This document shows positions 53,729 to 62,572 of a stretch of 64,000 nt of DNA, piece by piece. This stretch comes from Gemmatimonadota bacterium (GTDB taxonomy: Bacteria > Gemmatimonadota > Gemmatimonadetes > Longimicrobiales > Gaopeijiaceae), in contig JBDHHQ010000010.1 in NCBI GenBank assembly GCA_039589315.1, forward strand, positions 1 to 64,000, in the 5' to 3' direction. The position numbers and the translations under genes are program-made. The first letter of the stretch is position 1. Each line of letters begins with the position of its first letter. The notes below the pieces were generated by a model. That model ran no database searches. It saw only the letters and a program-made list of their open reading frames with translations, and was not told the origin of the DNA.

Positions 53729-55960
53729 ATGCACAGCCTTTTGAAACGCCAGCTTCGGAGACATCTGCATGGTGCCGAGATCCCGCCGGAGCTCACGGAG
53801 CTGCTGAGCTCCATCGACCAGGCGTACGAGGAGTTCGACGACGACCGCCTGATGATGGAGCGCTCGCTGGAGCTGAGCTCCCGGGAGCTGCTTCAGGCCA
53901 ACTCGGAGATGAGGGCCCTGTTTCAGGCGCTCCCAGATCTCTTCTTCCGCTTGGATGCGAGCGGCCGCATTCTCGACTGCAAGGGTGGTCAGGCCGGCGA
54001 GTTCGCGATCGAGCCCGCTGAGCTGATCGGCCGCAGGATCCAGGACATCCCGGTCGCCTCCGCGGCCGAGGCCCTCCAGGCTGGCATCGACCGGCTCCAA
54101 GCCACCGGCGAACCTCAAAGCGTGGAGTATGTGCTGCCCCTGGGTGAGCACGACGCGGTATTCGAGGCCCGGCTGGTTCTCACGCTCGGCGACGAGATCG
54201 TGGTGGTCGCGCGGAACATCACCGAGCGGAAGGAGGCTGAGGACCGCCTTCAGCGGCGAACCGAGCAGATCCTGAAGAAGCAGGCAGCGCTGCAGCAACT
54301 CGCCCTGTCGGCGAAGCCCAAACTACCCGCTGCCCTCGACGAGATCACGACGGTGGCCGCGAAGACGCTGGGAGTCGAGCGTGTAGGCATCTGGGTCTAC
54401 GCGGAGGAGCGGACGGCCATCGTCTGCGAGCACATGTGCGTCGGCGGTGGGACTGGGGACGGCAGGGGCGCCCGGTTGGAGGCTGCGCAATTCCCCGAGT
54501 ACTTCTCGGCCCTGGAGACGAGCCGAGCCATCGTGGCCGACGATGCGTTGCAGGACTCTCGCACGAGGGAGCTCGGGTCCGACTACCTGTTGCCCAACCG
54601 TATCTCGTCGATTCTGAACGTGCCCATTTGGGTCGACGGACGAGTCGCAGGGATCATCTGTCACGAGCACACGGGCGAACCCCGTCACTGGTCAATCGAG
54701 GAGCAGGACGTTGCCACGTCCATCGCGGACTTCGTTTCGCTGGCTCTGCAAGCCGCCCGACGAACCCAGCTCGAGGCGCAGCTCAGGCAGTCTCAGAAGA
54801 TGGAAGCCATCGGTCTCCTGGCGGGCGGCGTGGCCCACGACTTCAACAACCTGTTGAACGTCATCCTGGGATACGCGGACCTGGCCCAGTCCAAGCTGCC
54901 CCCGGAGCACCGGGCGGTCGGTCACCTGGCGCGCATACGAGAGGCGACCAGTCGAGCCGCGGACCTCACCAACAAGCTGCTGACCTTTTCCCGCAAGGAC
55001 ATTCTCAAGGTCGAGCCCGTCGACCTGAATCTGGTGCTCAGGGACTTCCAGAGGCTGCTGGACCGAATCGTCGGTGCAGACGTCGAGGTGGTTGTGCAGA
55101 CGGCGCCGGAACCCCTCGTGGTCGACGCCGACCGTCCACAGATCGACCAGCTTCTGCTCAACCTCTGCACGAATGCTCGGCAGGCCATGCCGGCAGGCGG
55201 ACGCCTGAGCATCGGCTTGGGTCGAAGGCGCCTGGGCGCCGAGGAGGCCAAGAACCGGGGCCTCGCCGAGGGCGTCGAGTTCGCCGAGATCCTCGTGAGC
55301 GACACGGGGGTCGGCATGGACGAAGAGGTCATCGGCCGGCTCTGGGAGCCCTTCTTTTCGACCAAGGACTCCGGCACCGGGCTGGGCCTGGCCGTGGTGT
55401 ACGGCGTCGTCGAGCGGCATCACGGCTTCATCACGGTCGACAGCGAGCTGGGACGGGGAAGCAACTTCCGGATCCACCTGCCCCCGTCCAGCAAGGTGAC
55501 GTTCCAGGGCAGGGCAGCGGGCCAGACGCCCGACGTGAGGGGCGGGGAAACTCTGCTGGTGGCCGAGGACGAGGCGATGCTCCGCGAGCTGATCGTCCAG
55601 GCGCTGTCCGACCTGGGCTACCAGGTCCTCGCCGCAGAGAACGGTGACAAGGCGGTCCGGATGTTCGAAGAGAGGGAGGACGTCGACCTGGTGGTCCTGG
55701 ACGTGGTCATGCCTGTCATGGGGGGACCGGAAGCCTTTGAGCTCATGCGGTCGAGGCGGCCCGACTTGAAGGCCGTCTTCGCCAGCGGTTATGCACCCGA
55801 TGGGCCGGTTCTGACCAGTCTGCTCGAGAGCGAGCATGCCGCCTTCCTGCCCAAACCGTTCTTCATCGAGCAACTCGCGGCCAAGGTCCGGGCGCTCCTC
55901 GGGCGTAACGGTGGCGGGGGCCGAGCCTCCGTCGACTCCGGCACGAGCGAGGGTAACTAG
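53729..55960 (+). CDS. Hybrid sensor histidine kinase (PAS-GAF-HisKA-HATPase-REC)
   Basis: N-terminal HSLLKRQL; GGVAHDFNN, NLCTNA, DTGVGM, EPFFSTK, GTGLGL; receiver VAEDE, LDVVMP, KPF. Confidence 0.93.
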   Translation: MHSLLKRQLRRHLHGAEIPPELTELLSSIDQAYEEFDDDRLMMERSLELSSRELLQANSEMRALFQALPDLFFRLDASGRILDCKGGQAGEFAIEPAELIGRRIQDIPVASAAEALQAGIDRLQATGEPQSVEYVLPLGEHDAVFEARLVLTLGDEIVVVARNITERKEAEDRLQRRTEQILKKQAALQQLALSAKPKLPAALDEITTVAAKTLGVERVGIWVYAEERTAIVCEHMCVGGGTGDGRGARLEAAQFPEYFSALETSRAIVADDALQDSRTRELGSDYLLPNRISSILNVPIWVDGRVAGIICHEHTGEPRHWSIEEQDVATSIADFVSLALQAARRTQLEAQLRQSQKMEAIGLLAGGVAHDFNNLLNVILGYADLAQSKLPPEHRAVGHLARIREATSRAADLTNKLLTFSRKDILKVEPVDLNLVLRDFQRLLDRIVGADVEVVVQTAPEPLVVDADRPQIDQLLLNLCTNARQAMPAGGRLSIGLGRRRLGAEEAKNRGLAEGVEFAEILVSDTGVGMDEEVIGRLWEPFFSTKDSGTGLGLAVVYGVVERHHGFITVDSELGRGSNFRIHLPPSSKVTFQGRAAGQTPDVRGGETLLVAEDEAMLRELIVQALSDLGYQVLAAENGDKAVRMFEEREDVDLVVLDVVMPVMGGPEAFELMRSRRPDLKAVFASGYAPDGPVLTSLLESEHAAFLPKPFFIEQLAAKVRALLGRNGGGGRASVDSGTSEGN

Positions 55961-56118
55961 CCGGTTTCCCCCACCCCGGTCGGGGCGTAGCCGGTCCTCA
56001 CCGCCAGGCACCCCACTTGTCAGAATCGCTCCGGGACTCCAGCCTATGGGGTTGGCAACGCGGCCCACCGCGTCGGGCAACGAACGCTCAACCGTCCCAT
56101 TCCACAATGGAGTCCACG

Positions 56119-56640
56119 ATGACCAAGCGTGTCCTGACTGTCGCCGTAGCACTGGTGATGTCGGCGCCCCTTGCCGTCAGCGCACAGGAGGGACCGGTGT
56201 CCTCCTCGCTCAAGGGTCTGCACGACGTCACGCAGGAGAACATCATGGCGACAGCGAAGATGCTCGACGAGGACCTCTACGCCTTCCGGCCCACCGAGGA
56301 GGTCCGCTCCATGGGCGAGCTGCTCGCTCACCTCGCCGGCGCCCAGTTCTTCTTCTGCTCCAGTGCGGCGGGTGAGGACAACCCCAACGCCGAGAACTAC
56401 GAAGAGACCCGCACGACGAAGGCCGAGATCATCGAGGCTCTCGAGGCCGGATTCGGCTATTGCACGGAAGTCTACGGCAAGATGACCGACGCCATGGGCA
56501 GCGAGATCGTCAGCTTCTTCGGCGATGAGATGGCCACCTCCGGTGTCCTGGCCTTCAATTCGGCGCACAACTACGAGCACTACGGTAACCTCGTGACCTA
56601 CATGCGTCTCAACGGAATCACACCGCCGTCGTCCATGTAG
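56119..56640 (+). CDS. Exported DinB-family protein
   Basis: Signal peptide ending VSA; YAFRPTEEVRSMGELLAH, HNYEHYGNLVTYMRLNGITPPS. Confidence 0.9.
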   Translation: MTKRVLTVAVALVMSAPLAVSAQEGPVSSSLKGLHDVTQENIMATAKMLDEDLYAFRPTEEVRSMGELLAHLAGAQFFFCSSAAGEDNPNAENYEETRTTKAEIIEALEAGFGYCTEVYGKMTDAMGSEIVSFFGDEMATSGVLAFNSAHNYEHYGNLVTYMRLNGITPPSSM

Positions 56641-56681
56641 TCACGCACGAGGGACCGTAGACCGGTCCGATGCATGCGAGC

Positions 56682-56717
56682 GCGGAGGGCCGTCCCTGAC
56701 CGGGGCGGCCTTCCCGC
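56682..56717 (+). terminator. GC-rich stem-loop after the dinB-like gene (no U-tract)
   Basis: AGGGCCGTCCC-TGACC-GGGGCGGCCTT with flanking GCGG/CCGC. Confidence 0.45.
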
Positions 56718-56762
56718 CCTCCGGGAGGCCTCCTGAGCCATCAGCCCCATCTGGCCCGCGTC

Positions 56763-58172
56763 ATGGGCCTCCGGGATGTGGTCCTCTTCCACATCGTCGC
56801 CATCGTGGGGCTCCGTTGGCTCCTCACGGCGGCGAACCTGGGCCCTGCTTCGGTGGGGCTGTGGCTCGCCGCCGTCTTGCTCTTCTTCGTTCCGCAGGGA
56901 ATGGCCGTCCTCGAGCTATCTGCGAGGATGCCCGAGGAGGGCGGGATCTACGTCTGGACGCGAGAGGCGTTCGGACCGCTGCACGGCTTCATCTGTGGAT
57001 GGGCGTACTGGGTCAACAACCTCATCTACTACCCGTCGCTCATCGTCTTCATCGCCGGGAACGCGGTCCTGGCACTCGGCAGCGCCCAGGCGCCGGTCGC
57101 TGGGCTGGAAGTCGTCTTCGGCGACTTCGGCCAGACCAGCCCCTGGCTCTTCCAGGTGGGACTGTCCCTGACCGTCCTATGGATCGCGGTGGGGCTGAAC
57201 ATCGTGGGTCTCAAGAGCGGCCGATGGGTCCAGAACACGGGCGGCGTCGCGACCTGGATCGCAGTGGGGGTGCTCGTGGCGCTGGCCGCGGCGGCGCTGC
57301 TGACAGGCCGGGCTGACAACCCGCTCACTGGCGTCAGTCTGATCCCGGACCTGAGCGGCGCCAACATCAACCTCTGGTCGAGCCTGTGCTTCGCTCTGGC
57401 CGGCCTGGAGCTGGCCTCGGTGATGGGAGGGGAGGTGAAGGAGCCGTCCCGGACGCTGCCCCGCTCGATTCTGATGGCAGCGCCCATGATCGCGGTCATC
57501 TACATCGTTGGGACGCTTGCCGTGCTCACGACGAGCGGATCCGAGGAGGTGGATCTGATCCGGGGCATCGTCGACGCCATCAGCGAGACCGGTGCCCTGT
57601 TCGGCCTTCCGCTGACGCGTGTTGCCGCCGTCCTGATCCTGCTCACCGGCTTGGGAGGCCTCGGTGCCTGGCTGGCCGGGGCGGCGCGGATCCCCTTCGT
57701 CGTGGGGTTGGATCGCTACCTGCCCGCAGCGCTGGGCAAGGTCCACCCGAAATGGCAGACGCCGTACGTGGCCTTGTTGGTACAAGGCGTCGGCGCCACG
57801 GTGTTCCTCCTGTTCAGCGTGCTCGGATCCACGATCGAAGAGGCGTATCTGATCCTGGTGGACACGACGATCATCGTGTACTTCATCCCGTACGTATACT
57901 TGTTCCTGGCGGTGCCTGTGCTGCGAAGGCGAGCATCCGGCGCCGAACAGGTGTTCCGGATCCCCTGGGGAGGCCTGGGCCTCTGGCTCGTCGTGATCGC
58001 CGGGGTCGGGACGACGGTGGTGTCCATCGTTCTGGCGACCTTACCGGGCCCGGAAGGTGGTAGGTGGTTCTTCCTGAAGGTGGGCGGCGGCGCTGTTGGG
58101 CTCATGGTAGTGGGCCTGGTCTTCTATGCCACGGCCGTTTGGCGGCAGGCGCGACAAGGAGCGAACGGATGA
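56763..58172 (+). CDS. APC-superfamily amino acid permease
   Basis: About 12 TM; GLRW, ELSARMPEEGGIYVW, FALAGLE, GLDRYLP..KVHPKWQTPY. May start at CTG 56733 (see findings). Confidence 0.92.
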   Translation: MGLRDVVLFHIVAIVGLRWLLTAANLGPASVGLWLAAVLLFFVPQGMAVLELSARMPEEGGIYVWTREAFGPLHGFICGWAYWVNNLIYYPSLIVFIAGNAVLALGSAQAPVAGLEVVFGDFGQTSPWLFQVGLSLTVLWIAVGLNIVGLKSGRWVQNTGGVATWIAVGVLVALAAAALLTGRADNPLTGVSLIPDLSGANINLWSSLCFALAGLELASVMGGEVKEPSRTLPRSILMAAPMIAVIYIVGTLAVLTTSGSEEVDLIRGIVDAISETGALFGLPLTRVAAVLILLTGLGGLGAWLAGAARIPFVVGLDRYLPAALGKVHPKWQTPYVALLVQGVGATVFLLFSVLGSTIEEAYLILVDTTIIVYFIPYVYLFLAVPVLRRRASGAEQVFRIPWGGLGLWLVVIAGVGTTVVSIVLATLPGPEGGRWFFLKVGGGAVGLMVVGLVFYATAVWRQARQGANG

Positions 58173-59512
58173 CCAGAGGGACCCCTTTGGTGGCAGCTGT
58201 GCTCGTGGCCCTGCTCGTCCCCGCCGGAACCGACGCCCAGTCTCGGAGCAGCCGCGAGAGGGATCTCCGTGAGTGGGAGGTGAAGGCCGAGAAGATGCGC
58301 CGGCACCTGCTCCCCACCATGCGGGAGCACGGCGTCGACATGTGGATCATCATGAGCCGCGAGAACAACCCGGATCCAGCCCTCGAGCTATTCGGTGGGT
58401 ATGGGATCAGCGGTTGGTACGGGCACCGGAACGCCTACGTCTTCTATGACGCCGGCGAGGCGGGGCTCGAGACGGCGGCCATCGGCACACACTTGAGCGG
58501 TCACCTGAGCCGGTTCTACGACCACGTGATGAGCTACCACTCCAGCGACGACGGGCTCGCCCCCACGCTGCGGGAGTTCGTCCAGGAGCGCGACCCTCAG
58601 GTGATCGCCATCAACCAGTCCCGGACCATCTCCATGGCCGACGGCATCAGCGCCGAGCTCAAGGACTACCTCTTCGACGCCATCGGGCCCGAGTATGCTG
58701 CACGGGTCGTCATGTCGGAGCCCATGTTCATCGACTACGTGAGCAAGAGAACCCCGGCCGAGCTGGAGATCGCCAAGGAGGCGGCCTACCGGACCTGGCA
58801 CATCCTGCGCAGGGCGTTCTCGGCGGAGGTGATCACCCCGGGGCAAACCACGCTGATGGACGTGTACTGGTGGGTGAAGGACGAGTGGATGGCCCAGGAC
58901 CTGGAGTTCAACTTCCCCGCGTCGTTCGACCTCTGGCGCGAGGGCCTGGAGGAACCCCTCACGGACGTGGATGACCCGGTCATCCAGCCCGGGGACCTGC
59001 TGCACGTGGACTTCGGGGTCCGGCTCTCCGGCTTGGTGACCGACCAGCAGAAGATGGCGTACGTGCTGAAGCCGGGGGAGGCCGGACCACCCGAGGGGCT
59101 CCGCCACCTGTTCGATCAATCCATCCGGCAGGGGGAGATCATCGCGGAGACGATCAAGCCCGGGGTGCTCGGCCGCGACATCGTCACGACCGCCGAGGAA
59201 AGGGGCCGGAGCGAAGGCATCGACAATCGTACCTACCCCCACGTCCAGGGGAATTGGGTGCATGGCGTAGGCGCCTGGGGCAGCCGGGACTGGCCGGAGC
59301 GGTACGGCATCCACCCCCGGCAGCCCGTGCGGCCCACCGAGTTCTGGTCCATCGAGTACAGCGTGTCAGGCCCGGTATCGGAGTGGGACGGCCAACGAGT
59401 GACCATGGCGCGGGAGGAGGATGCCTGGGTGGACGAGAATGGCCAGGTACACTTCATGGTCGGCCCCCAGATGGAGCTCTGGCTCATCGGGCAGCCGGCC
59501 GTCATCTACTGA
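58169..59512 (+). CDS. Exported M24 (Xaa-Pro aminopeptidase-like) metallopeptidase
   Basis: ATGA overlap with the permease; GDLLHVDFG, TDQQ, H-x6-H (HVQGNWVHG), WSIE, REED. Confidence 0.88.
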   Translation: MTRGTPLVAAVLVALLVPAGTDAQSRSSRERDLREWEVKAEKMRRHLLPTMREHGVDMWIIMSRENNPDPALELFGGYGISGWYGHRNAYVFYDAGEAGLETAAIGTHLSGHLSRFYDHVMSYHSSDDGLAPTLREFVQERDPQVIAINQSRTISMADGISAELKDYLFDAIGPEYAARVVMSEPMFIDYVSKRTPAELEIAKEAAYRTWHILRRAFSAEVITPGQTTLMDVYWWVKDEWMAQDLEFNFPASFDLWREGLEEPLTDVDDPVIQPGDLLHVDFGVRLSGLVTDQQKMAYVLKPGEAGPPEGLRHLFDQSIRQGEIIAETIKPGVLGRDIVTTAEERGRSEGIDNRTYPHVQGNWVHGVGAWGSRDWPERYGIHPRQPVRPTEFWSIEYSVSGPVSEWDGQRVTMAREEDAWVDENGQVHFMVGPQMELWLIGQPAVIY

Positions 59513-59567
59513 TGGGGAGACTCCCTTGACCGGCGGATACGCCCGGGTCTGCGCATCTGCCGGCGCG

Positions 59568-60134
59568 ATGCTTCGGCCCGGCAGATGCGCGCACGCGACG
59601 GCCATTTGCCTCGCCCTCGTCGTCGTCGTCGGCTGGCCCGTCACCGCTCGGGGTCAGGACGCCCAAGGCGAGCCCTCCTTCCCCCCCCGCGTCGGCTACG
59701 TGAACGACCTGGCCGGCGTGGTCGACCCGGACTCCCGGAACACGATGGAGGACATCGCGTCCGAGGTCCGGCGCAAGTCCAGGGGCGACATCGTGGTGGT
59801 CACGCTCCCCACCTTGGAGGGAAGGTCGCTCGAGGATATCGCGGGCGAGCTGACCGAGCTCTGGGACGTGGGCTACCGGGGCGCGCCGGACGACCCGGCC
59901 AATGACACCGGCGTCCTCATCGTGCTTTCGCTGGAGGAGCGGGAATTCAGCATCCAGGTCCAGGAGGGGGTCGAGGCCTTCTTCCCCAACGCGGCGATCC
60001 GGGATCTCGTCACGTCCAAGGTCGTGACTCCGTTTCGGGCGGGCGAGTACGGCACCGGCCTCCTGGAAGCGGTGCGAGGCATCGGTCAGGTGTTCGCCCA
60101 GAGGTTCCAATTCGTGCTGGAGAGCGGGGAGTAG
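59568..60134 (+). CDS. TPM (TLP18.3/Psb32/MOLO-1) domain protein
   Basis: GYVNDLAGVV, IVVVTLPTL, WDVG, DTGVLIVLS, PFRAGEY. Start uncertain. Confidence 0.85.
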   Translation: MLRPGRCAHATAICLALVVVVGWPVTARGQDAQGEPSFPPRVGYVNDLAGVVDPDSRNTMEDIASEVRRKSRGDIVVVTLPTLEGRSLEDIAGELTELWDVGYRGAPDDPANDTGVLIVLSLEEREFSIQVQEGVEAFFPNAAIRDLVTSKVVTPFRAGEYGTGLLEAVRGIGQVFAQRFQFVLESGE

Positions 60135-60209
60135 CCGAGAGGCCGGGCCGCGGGCGATACGCTCCCCGGCCAGGAGCCGCGCAGGGCAGGAAGCCTCTGT
60201 CCATCGACC

Positions 60210-61838
60210 TCACCGCCGCTCCAGCAGTTCCAATGCCCGGCTCAGGAGCGTCGGGTAGTACTCGGCCGCATTCGCGCGGGTCAGGGGGACCCATTCGTCC
60301 ACCGGGGCCGGATTGCCCTCGCTGATCTCGCCGTTCGGCCGGATGGTATGACCGATGGACCACATGAACTCCGCCACCGGCCGGTCGGTGCCGGGCATGA
60401 TCAGCACCTCTTCCCACTCCCAGGTGTTGGAGTAGCCGCCGGCGGGCATCCCGACGATGGGGCCCAGGTCGTTGTCGGCCACGATGGCAGCGAACTGGTC
60501 CAGGTGAGAGCCGCCGTCGGGGCCGAGCAGCACTACCAGCCGGCCGGTGAAGTGAACGGGTGCAGGCTGGAGCACGCCGTCGGAGTCCCTCGGGGCGTGG
60601 GCCAGTTTGAACGGCACGTCGTCGGTATAGTCGCGTCCGTCGGCGATGGCCGCAGACACGTCGGTTTCCAGCCAGTCGAGCAGCCAGCGGCCGTTGTCGT
60701 CCGCCTCCTGGACGCCGCTGTCCAGCAACTGACCGGTCGCCTCTTTGGCCTGCTCGACGAACGAGACGCCCGCGTCGCTGAGTCGGAGGTTTCCGAACGT
60801 GGTCTTGAACGGCTTGGGCGACAGACGACGCACCGTATAGGCCCCCCGCGAGCCACCGCCGCTTCGGGTGGCGTCGAAGATCACGTCGTGGTCCAAACGG
60901 CCCTGCTCCTCGGCCCAGGCCATCAGCCGGTCCACGTCCTCCACCATGTGCTCCCGAAAGCCCACCCACGAGATCAGCAGGACGGAGTGATCGTCCGACT
61001 CATAGAGCGTGTAGGTCGGAGTCTCGTAGACCTGCGTGAAGCCGGGGTAGCGGGGCTCGCCCCGGTTGCCCCAAACCAGGTCGGCCGCCGAGCGATAGGG
61101 CAAATCGAGAGCGTAGCGCTCGCCGCCCGTCCGCTCGAGCTCCACGGCCAGCCCCTCCTCATACATGGCCGGCGGGAGCACCGCGCTCCGTTGCGGGAGG
61201 AGTTGGGCGAGCTTCCAGCGCAGCCCCTCGTCAGTCGAGTGCCGCATGTATGGCGCCGCGGCCTGGTACCACGCCTCGGCGGAGCGGCCGTTAACGGCAA
61301 CCAGCCTGTCGCCCACCGCGACGCCTGCATTCGAGACGCCGGCGTCTTCCGCCCAATCGATCAGGAAGAAGAACGGCTCGTTGGGGTTCTCGTAGTCGGG
61401 AGCGAACCGGACCGGTGCATGGGCGGGGTCGGGCGTGGCAGGAAGGCCGCCGGCCACCCGCAACCCGTCCTTGAAGGCTGGATCGAGGCCTCCTTCCACG
61501 AGCTGCACGCTCAGATGCCGGTCGCGCCTGGCGGCAGACAGCTTGGCGAGAGCGTGGTACAGCGCCTGGTCGTCGTCCGCCGCCACCACCTCGTCGCGCA
61601 CGGCCCGCATGGCGGCTACCACGTCCAGCCCGAGACGTTCGTTCTTCACGGGTGAGAACGCCTCGCGCCGTATCGTCCGCGCCAGGATCGTGTCGAACAG
61701 CGCCGCCCGCTGCTCGGGCGTGCTCGACGCCGCAATGCCGGAGTCGCTGGGGTCCGTTGCCCGCGGCGCACTGGCGCCACGGTCACAGGCCAGTGCGGCC
61801 AACAACAGCACGAGGCAGAAGCAGGTGGTGGGTCTCAT
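60210..61838 (-). CDS. S41-family (tail-specific-like) peptidase lipoprotein with a PDZ-like segment
   Basis: Lipobox ALAC; VGDRLVAVNG; IFDATRSGGG; LLGPDGGSHLDQF; IVGMPAGG. Confidence 0.7.
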   Translation of the reverse strand: MRPTTCFCLVLLLAALACDRGASAPRATDPSDSGIAASSTPEQRAALFDTILARTIRREAFSPVKNERLGLDVVAAMRAVRDEVVAADDDQALYHALAKLSAARRDRHLSVQLVEGGLDPAFKDGLRVAGGLPATPDPAHAPVRFAPDYENPNEPFFFLIDWAEDAGVSNAGVAVGDRLVAVNGRSAEAWYQAAAPYMRHSTDEGLRWKLAQLLPQRSAVLPPAMYEEGLAVELERTGGERYALDLPYRSAADLVWGNRGEPRYPGFTQVYETPTYTLYESDDHSVLLISWVGFREHMVEDVDRLMAWAEEQGRLDHDVIFDATRSGGGSRGAYTVRRLSPKPFKTTFGNLRLSDAGVSFVEQAKEATGQLLDSGVQEADDNGRWLLDWLETDVSAAIADGRDYTDDVPFKLAHAPRDSDGVLQPAPVHFTGRLVVLLGPDGGSHLDQFAAIVADNDLGPIVGMPAGGYSNTWEWEEVLIMPGTDRPVAEFMWSIGHTIRPNGEISEGNPAPVDEWVPLTRANAAEYYPTLLSRALELLERR

Positions 61839-61929
61839 GCTCGGTCTACGCGACGGCCGGTGTCGGGGAGCGCAACCCGGCATCTTGCCGTCCCGGTGGC
61901 AGAGGGTGCGGATCTGCGGCCGCCCCACC

Positions 61930-62490
61930 TCAGCCCGGCCACTGCCAGCCGAAGACTCCGGCCGTGAGGAGCGCGTACAGGAAGCCGTCACCCATGTGCT
62001 TCCACACGAAGGACCATGGACGCCCGAACCAGATGGCGTCCTGGACGACGCCCCAGCTGTACGCCACCCACGTCACGGTGCCCACGATGCGGAAGACTGC
62101 CAGATAGTCGGCGCCGGAATCCAGGGTGCGGGTGGCGATGTACGCCGCCAGCCCACTCACCGCCAGATAGTAGACGAACGACTGGGCGAGCTTTCCGCCC
62201 ATGGTCGGCACGCCGTTGGGCAGCACCGTCAGGAACGCCACCGGGCCGTTTTCGAACTTCCCCTTGACGTCCGGGTCTGCCAGTTCGGCCTGAGACGCGG
62301 CGTGGGGGATGTTGTACTGACCGGGAGCCAGGTTCTGGGGACGGAGCACACCGATGGCGGCGTCTTCGTCGGGTAGCTTCTGGAAGTCCGACTTGTGGTG
62401 GGGGAGCGCCATCCAGACCAGTGCGCTGGCGATGAACACCAGAACGGCCGAGAGAACGATGGCTAGCCAGAGTGAGCCGATCGTAACCAT
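61930..62490 (-). CDS. Conserved-looking hypothetical membrane protein
   Basis: Four TM segments; WMALPHH..DF, PGQY..P, GPVA, IWFGRPW, DGFLYAL. Confidence 0.7.
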   Translation of the reverse strand: MVTIGSLWLAIVLSAVLVFIASALVWMALPHHKSDFQKLPDEDAAIGVLRPQNLAPGQYNIPHAASQAELADPDVKGKFENGPVAFLTVLPNGVPTMGGKLAQSFVYYLAVSGLAAYIATRTLDSGADYLAVFRIVGTVTWVAYSWGVVQDAIWFGRPWSFVWKHMGDGFLYALLTAGVFGWQWPG

Positions 62491-62572
62491 GGTCAACCTC
62501 GCTGCGTGAAGGGAACGTCAGCGGAACCGCGGCATCTGGACTCCGATGTCGGTCCGACAATGTGCACGCCGA

